A stretch of 64,000 bases of DNA from Candidatus Bathyarchaeia archaeon. Its GTDB lineage: Archaea; Thermoproteota; Bathyarchaeia; Bathyarchaeales; Bathycorpusculaceae. Every line of letters starts with the position of its first letter. The first letter of the stretch is position 1. Shown here one piece after another: positions 18,647-27,766 of the stretch. The stretch covers positions 128,001 through 192,000 of the forward strand of contig JAVZNE010000002.1 of the NCBI GenBank assembly GCA_038882975.1, in the 5' to 3' direction. The position numbers and the translations under genes are program-made. Below the pieces are notes generated by a model, which was not told the DNA's origin, did no database searches, and was given only the letters and a program-made list of their open reading frames with translations.

Positions 18647-19824
18647 TGGCGCAAATCATAATTGACACAGCAAACCACATTGCTGGCTACGCTGCCAAAG
18701 CCGCAAGAGTCAAAGTTGTTGCCGCATACCCCATAACCCCACAAACAACCGTTGTGGAGAAAATCGCCGAATTTGTTGAAAGTGGCCAAATGGACGCCGA
18801 ATACATTCGAGTGGAATCTGAGCACAGCGCCATGGCCGCTTGCATAGGCGCCGCAGCAGCCGGTGTCAGGACGTTTACGGCGACTTCAGCTCACGGATTG
18901 GCTTTGATGCATGAGGCTTTACACTGGGCTTCTGGTGCTCGTTTGCCAATTGTTATGGCTGTTGTTAATCGTGCAATGGGGGCGCCTTGGAGCATCTGGC
19001 CTGACCTCAGCGATTCACTTTCGCAACGAGACACTGGGTGGATTCAGTTTTATTGTGCTGACAACCAAGAGGTTTTCGACACCATTATTCAAGCTTATAG
19101 AATATGCGAGGATGAGCGGGTTTTTCTGCCAGCCATGGTCTGCCTCGAAGGATTTCTCTTATCCCATACATACATGCCTGTAAAAATTCATGACCAGGAG
19201 GAGATAGACGCCTTTCTGCCACCCTACAAGTCAGGGTGGATTTTAGACGTAAACAACCCATTCTCTCATGCGAATCTCGTTTCACCAGAATGGTATATGG
19301 AGTTCCGCTATATGATACAAGAGGCTATGGAAAATGCCAAACAGCTGATACCCAAAGTTGACAAGGAGTATGGAAGACGCTTCGGCCTCCAATATGGCGG
19401 GCTCATTGACAAATACAAGTGTGAAGATGCGGATTTAATCATCTGCACAATGGGGACTATGGGGAGCGAAGCCAAAATAGCCGTTGACCACCTTAGAGAA
19501 GAGGGCTTAAAAGTTGGAGCTGCGAGAATTAGGGTTTACCGCCCCTTCCCGGTTGAAGAAGTCAGAAAGCTTGCCGAGCAAGCCAGCATCATTGCCGCAA
19601 TAGACCGCCACATATCCTTCGGGATGGAAGGCTTTCTCGCGTCAGAAATTAAGGCTTCGCTTTACCACATGGAGGACAAGCCTCTGCTAGCTGGCTTCAT
19701 CGCAGGTTTAGGTGGGCGGGATGTGACGTTCAAAACCATCGAGGAAATTGCCGGAAAATCGCTGAAGTGGATGAAAGCGGGGAGGGTTGAGAAAGAAACT
19801 GTATGGGTTGATTTGAGGGAGTGA
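18646..19824 (+). CDS. porA: Pyruvate/2-oxoacid:ferredoxin oxidoreductase alpha subunit
   Basis: YPITPQT, VESEHSA and GLGGRD. Confidence 0.95.
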   Translation: MAQIIIDTANHIAGYAAKAARVKVVAAYPITPQTTVVEKIAEFVESGQMDAEYIRVESEHSAMAACIGAAAAGVRTFTATSAHGLALMHEALHWASGARLPIVMAVVNRAMGAPWSIWPDLSDSLSQRDTGWIQFYCADNQEVFDTIIQAYRICEDERVFLPAMVCLEGFLLSHTYMPVKIHDQEEIDAFLPPYKSGWILDVNNPFSHANLVSPEWYMEFRYMIQEAMENAKQLIPKVDKEYGRRFGLQYGGLIDKYKCEDADLIICTMGTMGSEAKIAVDHLREEGLKVGAARIRVYRPFPVEEVRKLAEQASIIAAIDRHISFGMEGFLASEIKASLYHMEDKPLLAGFIAGLGGRDVTFKTIEEIAGKSLKWMKAGRVEKETVWVDLRE

Positions 19825-20732
19825 AGATTATGGTTACAATTAAAGAGTTTCCGAAGGAGGAGTATCTGCTTAAAGGACATGCGGCTTGCGCTGGATGCGG
19901 TCCATCAATAGCTCTTCGCCTCCTTTTCAAAGCCCTTGGAAACAAGGTCATCATGGTTGTGCCTGCGTGCTGTACCACAGTTATCCAAGGGCCATATCCA
20001 TATACTTCCTTTGCAGTCCCCCTTCAGAACATGCTTTTTGAGGCTACTGGTGCCACTTGTTCTGGGATAGTGGCAGCTCTAAAAATTCGAGGTTTGGAAG
20101 ACATAACGGTGGTGGGGTGGGCTGGTGACGGGGGAACGGTTGACATAGGCATACAAGCCCTATCTGGTGCTGCTGAGCGGGAAACCAACTTCATTTACAT
20201 ATGCTATGACAATGAGGCTTATGGGAATACGGGGCTTCAAAGGAGTGGAGCCACACCTTATGGTGCTTGGACAACCACGACGCCCACTGGTAAGAGGGAG
20301 AGGAAGAAGAACATGCCCCTAATAATGGCTGCTCATAAGATACCTTATGTCGCCACTGCATGTCCCTCCTATCCAGTGGATTTCGTTAACAAGTTGAGGA
20401 AAGCTAGAGAAATTAGGGGAACCAAGTACATCCATGTTTTGACTCCTTGCCCCACTGGTTGGCGCTACGACACCAGCAAAACTGTGGAAATTGGACGGCT
20501 TGCTGTTCAAACCGGCATATGGGCTCTTTACGAGATTGAAAATGGAAGGTTTAGGCTTAACTCTCCCAGCGACCGCTTAATTGATAAGTCGAAACGTAAG
20601 CCGGTTAGGGAATATTTGGCTATGCAGGATAGATTCCGCCACTTAACAGAGGCTGACATTGAAAAGATTCAGCAATGGGTTGACGAAGACTGGGAATACT
20701 ACCGAAAATTAGCCTCCAACGAGTGTGTCTGA
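19821..20732 (+). CDS. porB: Pyruvate/2-oxoacid:ferredoxin oxidoreductase beta subunit
   Basis: GHAACAGCG, GDGGT.DIG, YDNEAY.NTG and PCPTGW. Confidence 0.95.
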   Translation: MKIMVTIKEFPKEEYLLKGHAACAGCGPSIALRLLFKALGNKVIMVVPACCTTVIQGPYPYTSFAVPLQNMLFEATGATCSGIVAALKIRGLEDITVVGWAGDGGTVDIGIQALSGAAERETNFIYICYDNEAYGNTGLQRSGATPYGAWTTTTPTGKRERKKNMPLIMAAHKIPYVATACPSYPVDFVNKLRKAREIRGTKYIHVLTPCPTGWRYDTSKTVEIGRLAVQTGIWALYEIENGRFRLNSPSDRLIDKSKRKPVREYLAMQDRFRHLTEADIEKIQQWVDEDWEYYRKLASNECV

Positions 20733-20828
20733 TTTAACCGCGCACGGAAAAATATAAGAACTCCAACATAATAATGATACCATTACACAACTGCCATCAT
20801 AGAGTTTAGATGCAGAAGGAGGTTGGAT

Positions 20829-21161
20829 ATGTCGGAGGAAAAACCTAAGAAAGCCGCCAAAGAAGAAAAAGCCGCCAAACCAGCACAAGCAAACGAGAAC
20901 ACTGTGCTGATCGGCAAAAAACCAATAATGAACTACGTGGTCGCCTGCCTAACCTTTTTCAATTCTGGTGCTCAAAAAATTGTTGTAAAGGCTAGGGGGC
21001 GGGCGATCAGCAGAGCAGTCGACACCGTTGAATTGTTGAGGAGGGCTTTCATGAAAGACCTGCAGCTGAAAGAGATCAAGATAGGCACAGAGGAAGTCGC
21101 TCGCGGCGAGGGACAGAAAACCAACGTTTCAACCATCGAAATAACCGTTGCAAAGCCATAA
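20829..21161 (+). CDS. albA: DNA/RNA-binding protein Alba
   Basis: IGKKP.MNYV.A, KARGRAISRAVD and NVSTIEI. Confidence 0.95.
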   Translation: MSEEKPKKAAKEEKAAKPAQANENTVLIGKKPIMNYVVACLTFFNSGAQKIVVKARGRAISRAVDTVELLRRAFMKDLQLKEIKIGTEEVARGEGQKTNVSTIEITVAKP

Positions 21162-21296
21162 GAGGCTTACAAAACCCGCTCATATTCGCGCAAAACCATA
21201 CGCTGTGTTAACTGACTATTTTGTATTGTAAATGATTTTTGGCAAGATTTACAGATAGTTATATATAACTTATTCTGGCTAAATGGGTAATCCCAC

Positions 21297-22643
21297 TTGG
21301 TGAGGCGTATGGCTGGTTATCCGAAAATTGTTGTAACCCCACCGGGACCAAAGGCGAGGGAACTTGTGAAAAAGGATGAGAGGTTTATTTCGCCTTCCTA
21401 TGTGCGTTTCTATCCTCTTGTGGTTGAGTCTGGCAAAGGCTGCATTGTCCGCGACGTCGACGGAAATGAGTACATCGATTTTAACTCTGGGCTGGCGTGC
21501 TTAAACGTTGGGCATAACCATCCAAAAGTGATTGAAGCCATTAAAAGGCAGTGCGACCGCTTCCTTCATTACTCAAACACAGACTTCTACTATAACGAGG
21601 TTATCGCGCTTGCTGAAAGGCTTGCGGAAATCACACCGGGAAACTTTGAGAAAAAAGTTTACTTCGGCAACAGCGGAACAGAAGCTATTGAAGCGGCTAT
21701 TAAGCTGGCAAAGTGGCACACGCGGAAACAGCTTTTCATAGCTTTCATTAACGCCTTTCACGGGCGGACAATCGGCTCATTGTCTTTAACGGCGAGTAAG
21801 CCAGCTCAAAGACGGTACTTCTTCCCCTTAATGCCAGGCGTAAACCATGTTCCATACCCGTACTGTTACCGTTGCCCCTTTAAACAGACCTATCCTGACT
21901 GCCACTACTGGTGTGTCGACTTCATAGACGAGTTTGTACTGCAAAAATATGCACCACCAGAAGATGTAGCAGCAATTGTTTTCGAGCCAATTCAAGGTGA
22001 AGGCGGATATGTTGTTCCACCACCAGAATACTTCCAACGCCTAAAGAAGCTTGCCGACAAATATGGCATCTTGTTAATAGATGATGAGGTTCAGTCTGGA
22101 ATGGGTAGAACTGGAAAATGGTTCGCCATTGAGCACTGGAATGTTGAGCCGGACATTGTATGCAGCGCTAAGGCATTAGCTTCTGGTCTGCCACTCGGTG
22201 CAACCATTGCAAAGGCGAAAATCATGGATTGGGTTGGCGGCTCCCACGCCAGCACTTTCGGCGGAAACCCGCTATCATGTGTTGCAGCAATAGCGGTTAT
22301 AGACGCCATTAAAGAGGAACGGCTGTTGGAGAACGCCATCAAACAGGGAACTTATATCCTCAAAAGACTTGAGGAGTTGAAGGAGAAAAGCGAAATAGTT
22401 GGAGACGTCAGAGGCAAGGGCTTAATGATTGGCATCGAATTTGTGGAAGACAAAGACGGCAAGAAACCAGCGCCCCAAAAGGCAAGTGAAATTATGATGC
22501 GGTCATGGAAACGCGGAGTAGCCGTTATAACATGCGGGATTTCAACACTGCGGATTATGCCACCCCTCAACATTACAAGGGAGCTTGTAGACGCTGGGCT
22601 GGAGATAATTGAAGACGTTGTAAAGGAAGTTGAAAAGGAATAG
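21297..22643 (+). CDS. Class III aminotransferase (4-aminobutyrate/acetylornithine family)
   Basis: NSGTEAIEAA, FHGRT, EPIQGEGG, DEVQSGMGRTG and AKALASG. Confidence 0.93.
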   Translation: MVRRMAGYPKIVVTPPGPKARELVKKDERFISPSYVRFYPLVVESGKGCIVRDVDGNEYIDFNSGLACLNVGHNHPKVIEAIKRQCDRFLHYSNTDFYYNEVIALAERLAEITPGNFEKKVYFGNSGTEAIEAAIKLAKWHTRKQLFIAFINAFHGRTIGSLSLTASKPAQRRYFFPLMPGVNHVPYPYCYRCPFKQTYPDCHYWCVDFIDEFVLQKYAPPEDVAAIVFEPIQGEGGYVVPPPEYFQRLKKLADKYGILLIDDEVQSGMGRTGKWFAIEHWNVEPDIVCSAKALASGLPLGATIAKAKIMDWVGGSHASTFGGNPLSCVAAIAVIDAIKEERLLENAIKQGTYILKRLEELKEKSEIVGDVRGKGLMIGIEFVEDKDGKKPAPQKASEIMMRSWKRGVAVITCGISTLRIMPPLNITRELVDAGLEIIEDVVKEVEKE

Positions 22644-22661
22644 TAGAGGCCAAACCTTTCC

Positions 22662-23090
22662 ATGGAAATTCGAGAATTAACAATAGACTACTATGAAGAG
22701 CTTATCAATCTTTGGCGTAGGGCAGGTTTACCTTTCAAACCAAAGGGGAGAGACAGCAAAGAAGCCATAGCGAAGCAGATAAGCGCAACCCCGGAATTCT
22801 TCTTGGGGGCATTTGAAAATGGACGGTTGATCGGTGCAGTTATTATCAGTTCCGATGGGCGAAAAGGTTGGATAAACCGCCTTGCTGTAGACCCAGATTT
22901 TAGGCGTCGCGGTGTCGCTAGTGCCTTAATTGCCGAGGCTGAAAGGATTCTCAGAAATCAAGGCATCAAAATTTTCTGTGCACTAATTGAGGATGAGAAT
23001 AGGGCTTCTAAAAGGCTTTTCAGAAAATGTGGGTATGTGGAGCATCGCGATATAATCTACTTTAGCAAGCGCGAATCCGATGATGTCTAG
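22662..23090 (+). CDS. GNAT family acetyltransferase
   Basis: LAVDPDFRRRGVA and N.AS..LF.K.GY. Confidence 0.9.
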   Translation: MEIRELTIDYYEELINLWRRAGLPFKPKGRDSKEAIAKQISATPEFFLGAFENGRLIGAVIISSDGRKGWINRLAVDPDFRRRGVASALIAEAERILRNQGIKIFCALIEDENRASKRLFRKCGYVEHRDIIYFSKRESDDV

Positions 23091-23662
23091 AAGCTGGAAG
23101 GCTTTGCTATAACTTCTTTTATTTTTAAATCGAAGAATCTTGCACTGTTCGCTGGCTGTATACGCAGCGCTGTGTCAGCACCCTTGCCAGTTCCAGCTAT
23201 GGCTATAACGTCTCTGTCAACCGGAATTAGCCCAGCATCGGCCGCCATGAGAACAATTTCCACGCCCACCTTAGTTCCTTCACCCATAAGCCTAAGAACA
23301 TTCGCGATAAGCTCAAGGGGCTGAAGGGTTCCAAAATCCTTCCGTATGGCTCGCTCAGCACTGCTGAGGGCGTGGGTCCCCGTGAAAATTTTACCTCCAT
23401 TTTTTAGGATTTCTTTTTTAAACTCCTCCCTTAGTTCACTTTCTCCCGGTTTTTGGAAGCCAACATGGTGGGTTACAACAACAATATTGTAGCCCTTGAA
23501 AATTTTTGAGGCTTTTGCTCCAGTTTCGCCTGTTGTTGATGCAACAACGATGTCTCTTATGCCCTCTTTTTCAGCATACTCCTTAACGATTTCCAGCAGC
23601 GTGTCCGTGTTCGCCTTCCCAACACTTTTGAAATATGCAACTTTTCTTTCAATGTAACTCAT
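23087..23662 (-). CDS. Pyruvate kinase alpha/beta domain-like protein (DUF1867-type)
   Basis: G..NT, VVASTTGET, G.KV..EI..MAADAG and GTG.GADTA. Confidence 0.85.
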   Translation of the reverse strand: MSYIERKVAYFKSVGKANTDTLLEIVKEYAEKEGIRDIVVASTTGETGAKASKIFKGYNIVVVTHHVGFQKPGESELREEFKKEILKNGGKIFTGTHALSSAERAIRKDFGTLQPLELIANVLRLMGEGTKVGVEIVLMAADAGLIPVDRDVIAIAGTGKGADTALRIQPANSARFFDLKIKEVIAKPSSF

Positions 23663-23672
23663 TTCATCTCAC

Positions 23673-24212
23673 CTAATCAGCCTTACTCTTTTGTGAAGTT
23701 CTTCTTAGCGGTTTCCTTTTAAGCTCTGTGCCGCAGACTTGGCATTTCCTTGACTTGTAATCTGAAGGATATTTTCTGTGGCATGCGGGACAGTATCTCA
23801 CCCATTTCAGCATTGTGCGTATGCCAAAGGTTGCGAGGGATGCAAACTCTATGCCTAAATATCGAGCAACATTTTGGATGGAATAATCGTCCGTAGCCAC
23901 CAGTGGCGTGTAACCCCGCGTTTTTAACTGTAAAGCCAAAGCCAAAACTTGTACGTCTGTTTCAGAAAGCCAGAAAGCATCACCAACGGCTTCAGACACC
24001 GCCTTAACCTTGTCAATAAAGGCTTCTCCTGGCGTCTGAATTTTTAATCGTCCACTTTCGATGGCTATTTTGAACCTTATTCTGGCTATGTGGCTTCCTG
24101 CCACTTCATCCCTAACCATTGGAACCGTATATTGCTCTTCACTTATCAAGAATGGGTCAAAGCCAGCCACAAAAGCCGAGGTGTCTAAAACAACAACTCT
24201 TTTGCCAGCAAT
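23673..24212 (-). CDS. nob1: Nob1 endoribonuclease (PIN domain plus zinc ribbon); start probably non-canonical
   Basis: In-frame VVVLDTSAF lies upstream of the called GTG. Also LS.TD, TDDY.IQN and CPAC...CQVCG. Confidence 0.88.
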   Translation of the reverse strand: MAGKRVVVLDTSAFVAGFDPFLISEEQYTVPMVRDEVAGSHIARIRFKIAIESGRLKIQTPGEAFIDKVKAVSEAVGDAFWLSETDVQVLALALQLKTRGYTPLVATDDYSIQNVARYLGIEFASLATFGIRTMLKWVRYCPACHRKYPSDYKSRKCQVCGTELKRKPLRRTSQKSKAD

Positions 24213-24217
24213 TACCG

Positions 24218-25066
24218 TTAGATTTTTCCCCCAAACCCGCGAAAGACGAGCCTACTTCTTAAACGGTTGTAGAAGTTTTCCCTAAACCTGATGAAGGCTG
24301 TCTCATTTTTTGAGCGTGTGACCGTTATGCATGGATTTTTGGAATCCAAAACATGCTTATGTGCTCCGTCAACAACAACCATTATCCTTTTAGGTCTTAA
24401 AACGGTCACCGTGATTTTTGAGTCGCTTGGGAAAACCAGCGAGCGTAAAACGCTTAGGGAACATATCGGCGTCAAAACAAAAGCATCAACGTTTGGGTCT
24501 AGAACCGGTCCTCCGGCTGAAAGTGAATAACCCGTCGACCCCGTTTGGGTGGCTACCATTAACCCATCTGCTTGGCAGTCTAAAACGTGCTCACCATTCT
24601 TTGAAACTTTGGCGTATAGTAGTTTTACTGGCTCGTCTACGGCTATGAGAACCTCATTTAATGCGTCAGGAATTTTTACATCGTCCGCTGTTATGGCGAG
24701 TTTTGAACATTTTTCCATTATATAGTCGCCTTTGAGGCATCTTTCAACAGCCGTATAAGCCTCTTTTGGCGCGACTTCTGTTAAGAAGCCTCTGACACCC
24801 ATATTTATTGCCAAAATTGGGGGTTCAGGTTTTGGAATTGCGACACATGTCCTTAAAATTGTTCCGTCTCCGCCAATAGTGATTATAAGATCTGTTTTCA
24901 TGTCTTCTAGTGGGCGGAAGTTCCCCCCCTTTTTTACCTTTCCCTTCAACGTTTCCTCAATGTAGACTTCTAAACCTTTTTTTCCTATATACTTCGCTAG
25001 TTCTTCTGCGAGTTTTATGGCTCTTCGCTTGTCGTAGCGGGCCACTATGCCGACGCTTTTGAACAT
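24218..25066 (-). CDS. nadK: NAD kinase
   Basis: GGDGT, ALNE, DGL..AT.TGSTGYSLSAGGP and DG. Confidence 0.95.
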   Translation of the reverse strand: MFKSVGIVARYDKRRAIKLAEELAKYIGKKGLEVYIEETLKGKVKKGGNFRPLEDMKTDLIITIGGDGTILRTCVAIPKPEPPILAINMGVRGFLTEVAPKEAYTAVERCLKGDYIMEKCSKLAITADDVKIPDALNEVLIAVDEPVKLLYAKVSKNGEHVLDCQADGLMVATQTGSTGYSLSAGGPVLDPNVDAFVLTPICSLSVLRSLVFPSDSKITVTVLRPKRIMVVVDGAHKHVLDSKNPCITVTRSKNETAFIRFRENFYNRLRSRLVFRGFGGKI

Positions 25067-25159
25067 TTTTCTCCCTTCGACAGCGAAATCTTTAAACTCA
25101 ACTTATATATGGGTGTTGTTTAAAATTGCTTTGGTGGGGACGTTTAAGCTGGTGATAAT

Positions 25160-25552
25160 GTGAGCAAGCCTGTCGATGTTGGGAGCCTCCGTGAGGGCGG
25201 CTACCTAATAGTTGATGGGGAACCATGCAGAATTGTTGAAATAACAAAATCCAAGCCTGGAAAACATGGCTCTGCGAAGGCGCGGATAGTTGCCATAGGC
25301 GTTTTTGACGGAGTTAAAAGAAGCATTGTTAAGCCAGTGGATGCAACAGCTGAAGTGCCAATAATTGAAAAGAGAAGCGGGCAAATTTTTGCTGTTACAC
25401 CCACAAGTGTCCAAATTATGGACTTAGAAACGTATGAATATTTGGATGCGCCTTACCCGGAAGAAGAGGAGCTTAAGGCTAAGCTGACTCCTGGTGTTGA
25501 AATAGAGTATTGGCGGATACTGGGCAAAGTGAAAATTGTAAGGACAAAATAG
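25160..25552 (+). CDS. eif5a: Translation factor aIF-5A
   Basis: Hypusine motif SKPGKHGSAK. Confidence 0.97.
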   Translation: MSKPVDVGSLREGGYLIVDGEPCRIVEITKSKPGKHGSAKARIVAIGVFDGVKRSIVKPVDATAEVPIIEKRSGQIFAVTPTSVQIMDLETYEYLDAPYPEEEELKAKLTPGVEIEYWRILGKVKIVRTK

Positions 25553-25588
25553 GCTAGCTACCCTTTTAGATTACCGAGGTCTAGGTTT

Positions 25589-26113
25589 TTGGAGACTTTT
25601 ACTGTAAAGTTAAAGGATGGAAGAACTGTTCAAATTAAAATGTTTCAACCACAAGACAAGGACAAACTTATCGAAATGTATGAATCTCTTTCCAGAGACG
25701 CTGTACGCTGGGGCATGCCCCCTTACACAAGGGAAAGATTAGAAGAAGGCTGGTTTAGAAACCTCCAAAACATAACGGCAATAGTAGCTTTTTACGGGGA
25801 TAAAATTGTTGGGCATGCCCAAATTTTTAAATTCCCTCACCCAAGACGAAAGGGAACAGCGGACCTTCTCACGTATATTCACCAGGACTTTCAAGGTGTA
25901 GGTTTAGGCACTCTGATGCTCGACAAATTAATAGAACTTGCAAAGAAAGAAGGACTGCATAGGATAGGCTTGTATGTGGTGGCAGATAATAAGCCTGCTA
26001 TCCGTCTATACCAGAAAATGGGCTTTAAAGTAGAAGGAGTTATGAAAGACGCTTATTTCGGCGAGGATGGGAAATACCACGACATGCTTGTTATGGGTTT
26101 GCTGCTTGAGTAA
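25589..26113 (+). CDS. GNAT family acetyltransferase
   Basis: FQGVGLG and N.PAIRLYQKMGF..EG. Confidence 0.9.
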   Translation: METFTVKLKDGRTVQIKMFQPQDKDKLIEMYESLSRDAVRWGMPPYTRERLEEGWFRNLQNITAIVAFYGDKIVGHAQIFKFPHPRRKGTADLLTYIHQDFQGVGLGTLMLDKLIELAKKEGLHRIGLYVVADNKPAIRLYQKMGFKVEGVMKDAYFGEDGKYHDMLVMGLLLE

Positions 26114-26121
26114 GGGGCAAG

Positions 26122-26322
26122 TTATCTCCACCATTCCCAGTCAAGCTTTTTGAAGCCTATGTATAGGATTAGGAGGATGACGCCCCAGCTTAGGGCTATT
26201 GCCGCAGCCTCTAGGATTATGTTTCCGCTTAGGTAGGTGTAGCTTGCCCAAGCGCTCAATCCACATAAGCCAACAAGAATTAGGATGAACATGGCACACT
26301 GTATTGCCCGTTCCGCAGTCAT
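26122..26322 (-). CDS. Small two-TM membrane protein
   Basis: Two hydrophobic helices, with a GGTGA SD upstream. Confidence 0.65.
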   Translation of the reverse strand: MTAERAIQCAMFILILVGLCGLSAWASYTYLSGNIILEAAAIALSWGVILLILYIGFKKLDWEWWR

Positions 26323-26413
26323 ATAAGAGTCACCAGCAAACCTAAGGTTTTAGCTGGTTTTTGTTTTAAGGTTTTTCATTAAGCTTATTTGGCAGTTTTG
26401 TCCCATTAACTTT

Positions 26414-26478
26414 TGAAGCCGATGATGCGAGAAGAGCCGTCTGAATTATGACGACGTCTGAGGAGAGCTGAGGCTTCA
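26414..26478 (+). ncRNA. Box C/D methylation-guide sRNA
   Basis: 7-bp terminal stem TGAAGCC/GGCTTCA. Box C ATGATGC at 26422, 12-nt guide, D' CTGA at 26441, C' ATGACGA at 26448, 13-nt guide, D CTGA at 26468. Confidence 0.85.
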
Positions 26479-26925
26479 TTCTATTGGAATTTCATACTCA
26501 CGCTTTCTTGGCAAACGAATTTCCAGTATGCCTCTCTTGAAGCGGATTTCCATTCGGTCCATGTAAACTGGCACTGGAATTCGCGTTTGACAGTGGAATC
26601 TTTGGAATTCGCCCTTATGGTGGGTTATGCCGAAGTCGTCAAAACTTATTTTGCGTCTCATTTTCGCCGAAATTTCAATGGTGTCTTTGCCTATGGGTTT
26701 AACCTCTATTGTGTTTTGCTCAGCGTAGGGAAGGTCAACGGTTACTATGACTTCGTCAGCTGTCACCATAATGTCTCGTAATGGTTCCATGGTGCATGTC
26801 CTACAGTTCCAGCTGGGCCTCTCCATTATGATTTCTCGGACTCTTTCAGCCCAAGCTTCAAGGTTTTCAAAATACTCGTCTATTATGTCGAAGATTGAGC
26901 GTCTTCTTCGACTGTAGTCCGACAT
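26476..26925 (-). CDS. Small heat shock protein Hsp20
   Basis: EP..DI, V.VDLP, F..GILEIRLP and C-terminal I.I motif. Confidence 0.88.
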   Translation of the reverse strand: MSDYSRRRRSIFDIIDEYFENLEAWAERVREIIMERPSWNCRTCTMEPLRDIMVTADEVIVTVDLPYAEQNTIEVKPIGKDTIEISAKMRRKISFDDFGITHHKGEFQRFHCQTRIPVPVYMDRMEIRFKRGILEIRLPRKREYEIPIE

Positions 26926-26939
26926 CTTTCATCAGCCTC

Positions 26940-27686
26940 CTATGAAATGTATAATGGTATGTCGTATTCCTGTGTCTTCCGCATTTTCGCCAGTTCCTGC
27001 TGTGTTCTCTTCATCATGTCTCTTGCCTTTAGGCGTATTTCCTCACCTTTTTCCAAAAGCTTTGAAACATCCACCTTGACTCCCGTTAGATTCGCCAACT
27101 GTTCTAATGCTTTGGCTGCGGCTTCTGGGTCTGGGTAGTTGAAAAAGCACTGTGCCAAGAGCGTTAGGGCTGGTACTCCAAGTGTGGCGCAATATTGGAG
27201 CATAACTGCTTGGGGACCAACCATGTAGCCTTCCCTCAAAATCTCCAATCCCTTATCTTGAACCTCTTTCAGCATTTCAGGGCTTGAGGCCGCCGCAAAG
27301 ACCTTTAATTCGTCAAGGTCTTGCCTATCCTGAACTGGTATGCCGCTCAGTGAAATCATCATTTTAGCCCCCTTGGTTTTTCCCCAGTCGATTAGTGCAT
27401 GCATTATTGGGTAAATTAGGTCTTCCCTTAGGGCTGTTTCTGAAACAGCCAAGAGGATTTGGTGGTTTCCAAAAATCCTTATGGGCGAGTGGGGTAGTCC
27501 CTCGTGTAGGACTATTACTGGGGGTAGAAGCCTCGAATCCATGTAGGCAACCTCCTCTAAATTTAGCTCCGAAATTAAGTGGGAAGCCGCTATAACGCCG
27601 ACAAGTCCAACATCTGGGAAGCCGAAAATCATAACAGCCCCTTTTGGGATCTCCTTCCTCTCAATAATTTTGATTTCTTCACTCAA
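26940..27686 (-). CDS. Proteasome assembly chaperone (PAC2 family)
   Basis: GFPDVGLVG.IA, PDPEAA and C-terminal PLY. Confidence 0.88.
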   Translation of the reverse strand: MSEEIKIIERKEIPKGAVMIFGFPDVGLVGVIAASHLISELNLEEVAYMDSRLLPPVIVLHEGLPHSPIRIFGNHQILLAVSETALREDLIYPIMHALIDWGKTKGAKMMISLSGIPVQDRQDLDELKVFAAASSPEMLKEVQDKGLEILREGYMVGPQAVMLQYCATLGVPALTLLAQCFFNYPDPEAAAKALEQLANLTGVKVDVSKLLEKGEEIRLKARDMMKRTQQELAKMRKTQEYDIPLYIS

Positions 27687-27766
27687 AACCTAACCCTCTT
27701 GAAGTGTTTTGTTAGGCAAGCTGTAAAAACCTTGCGGATAAAGTTCCCGAAGGCTTTAGTGAATTA

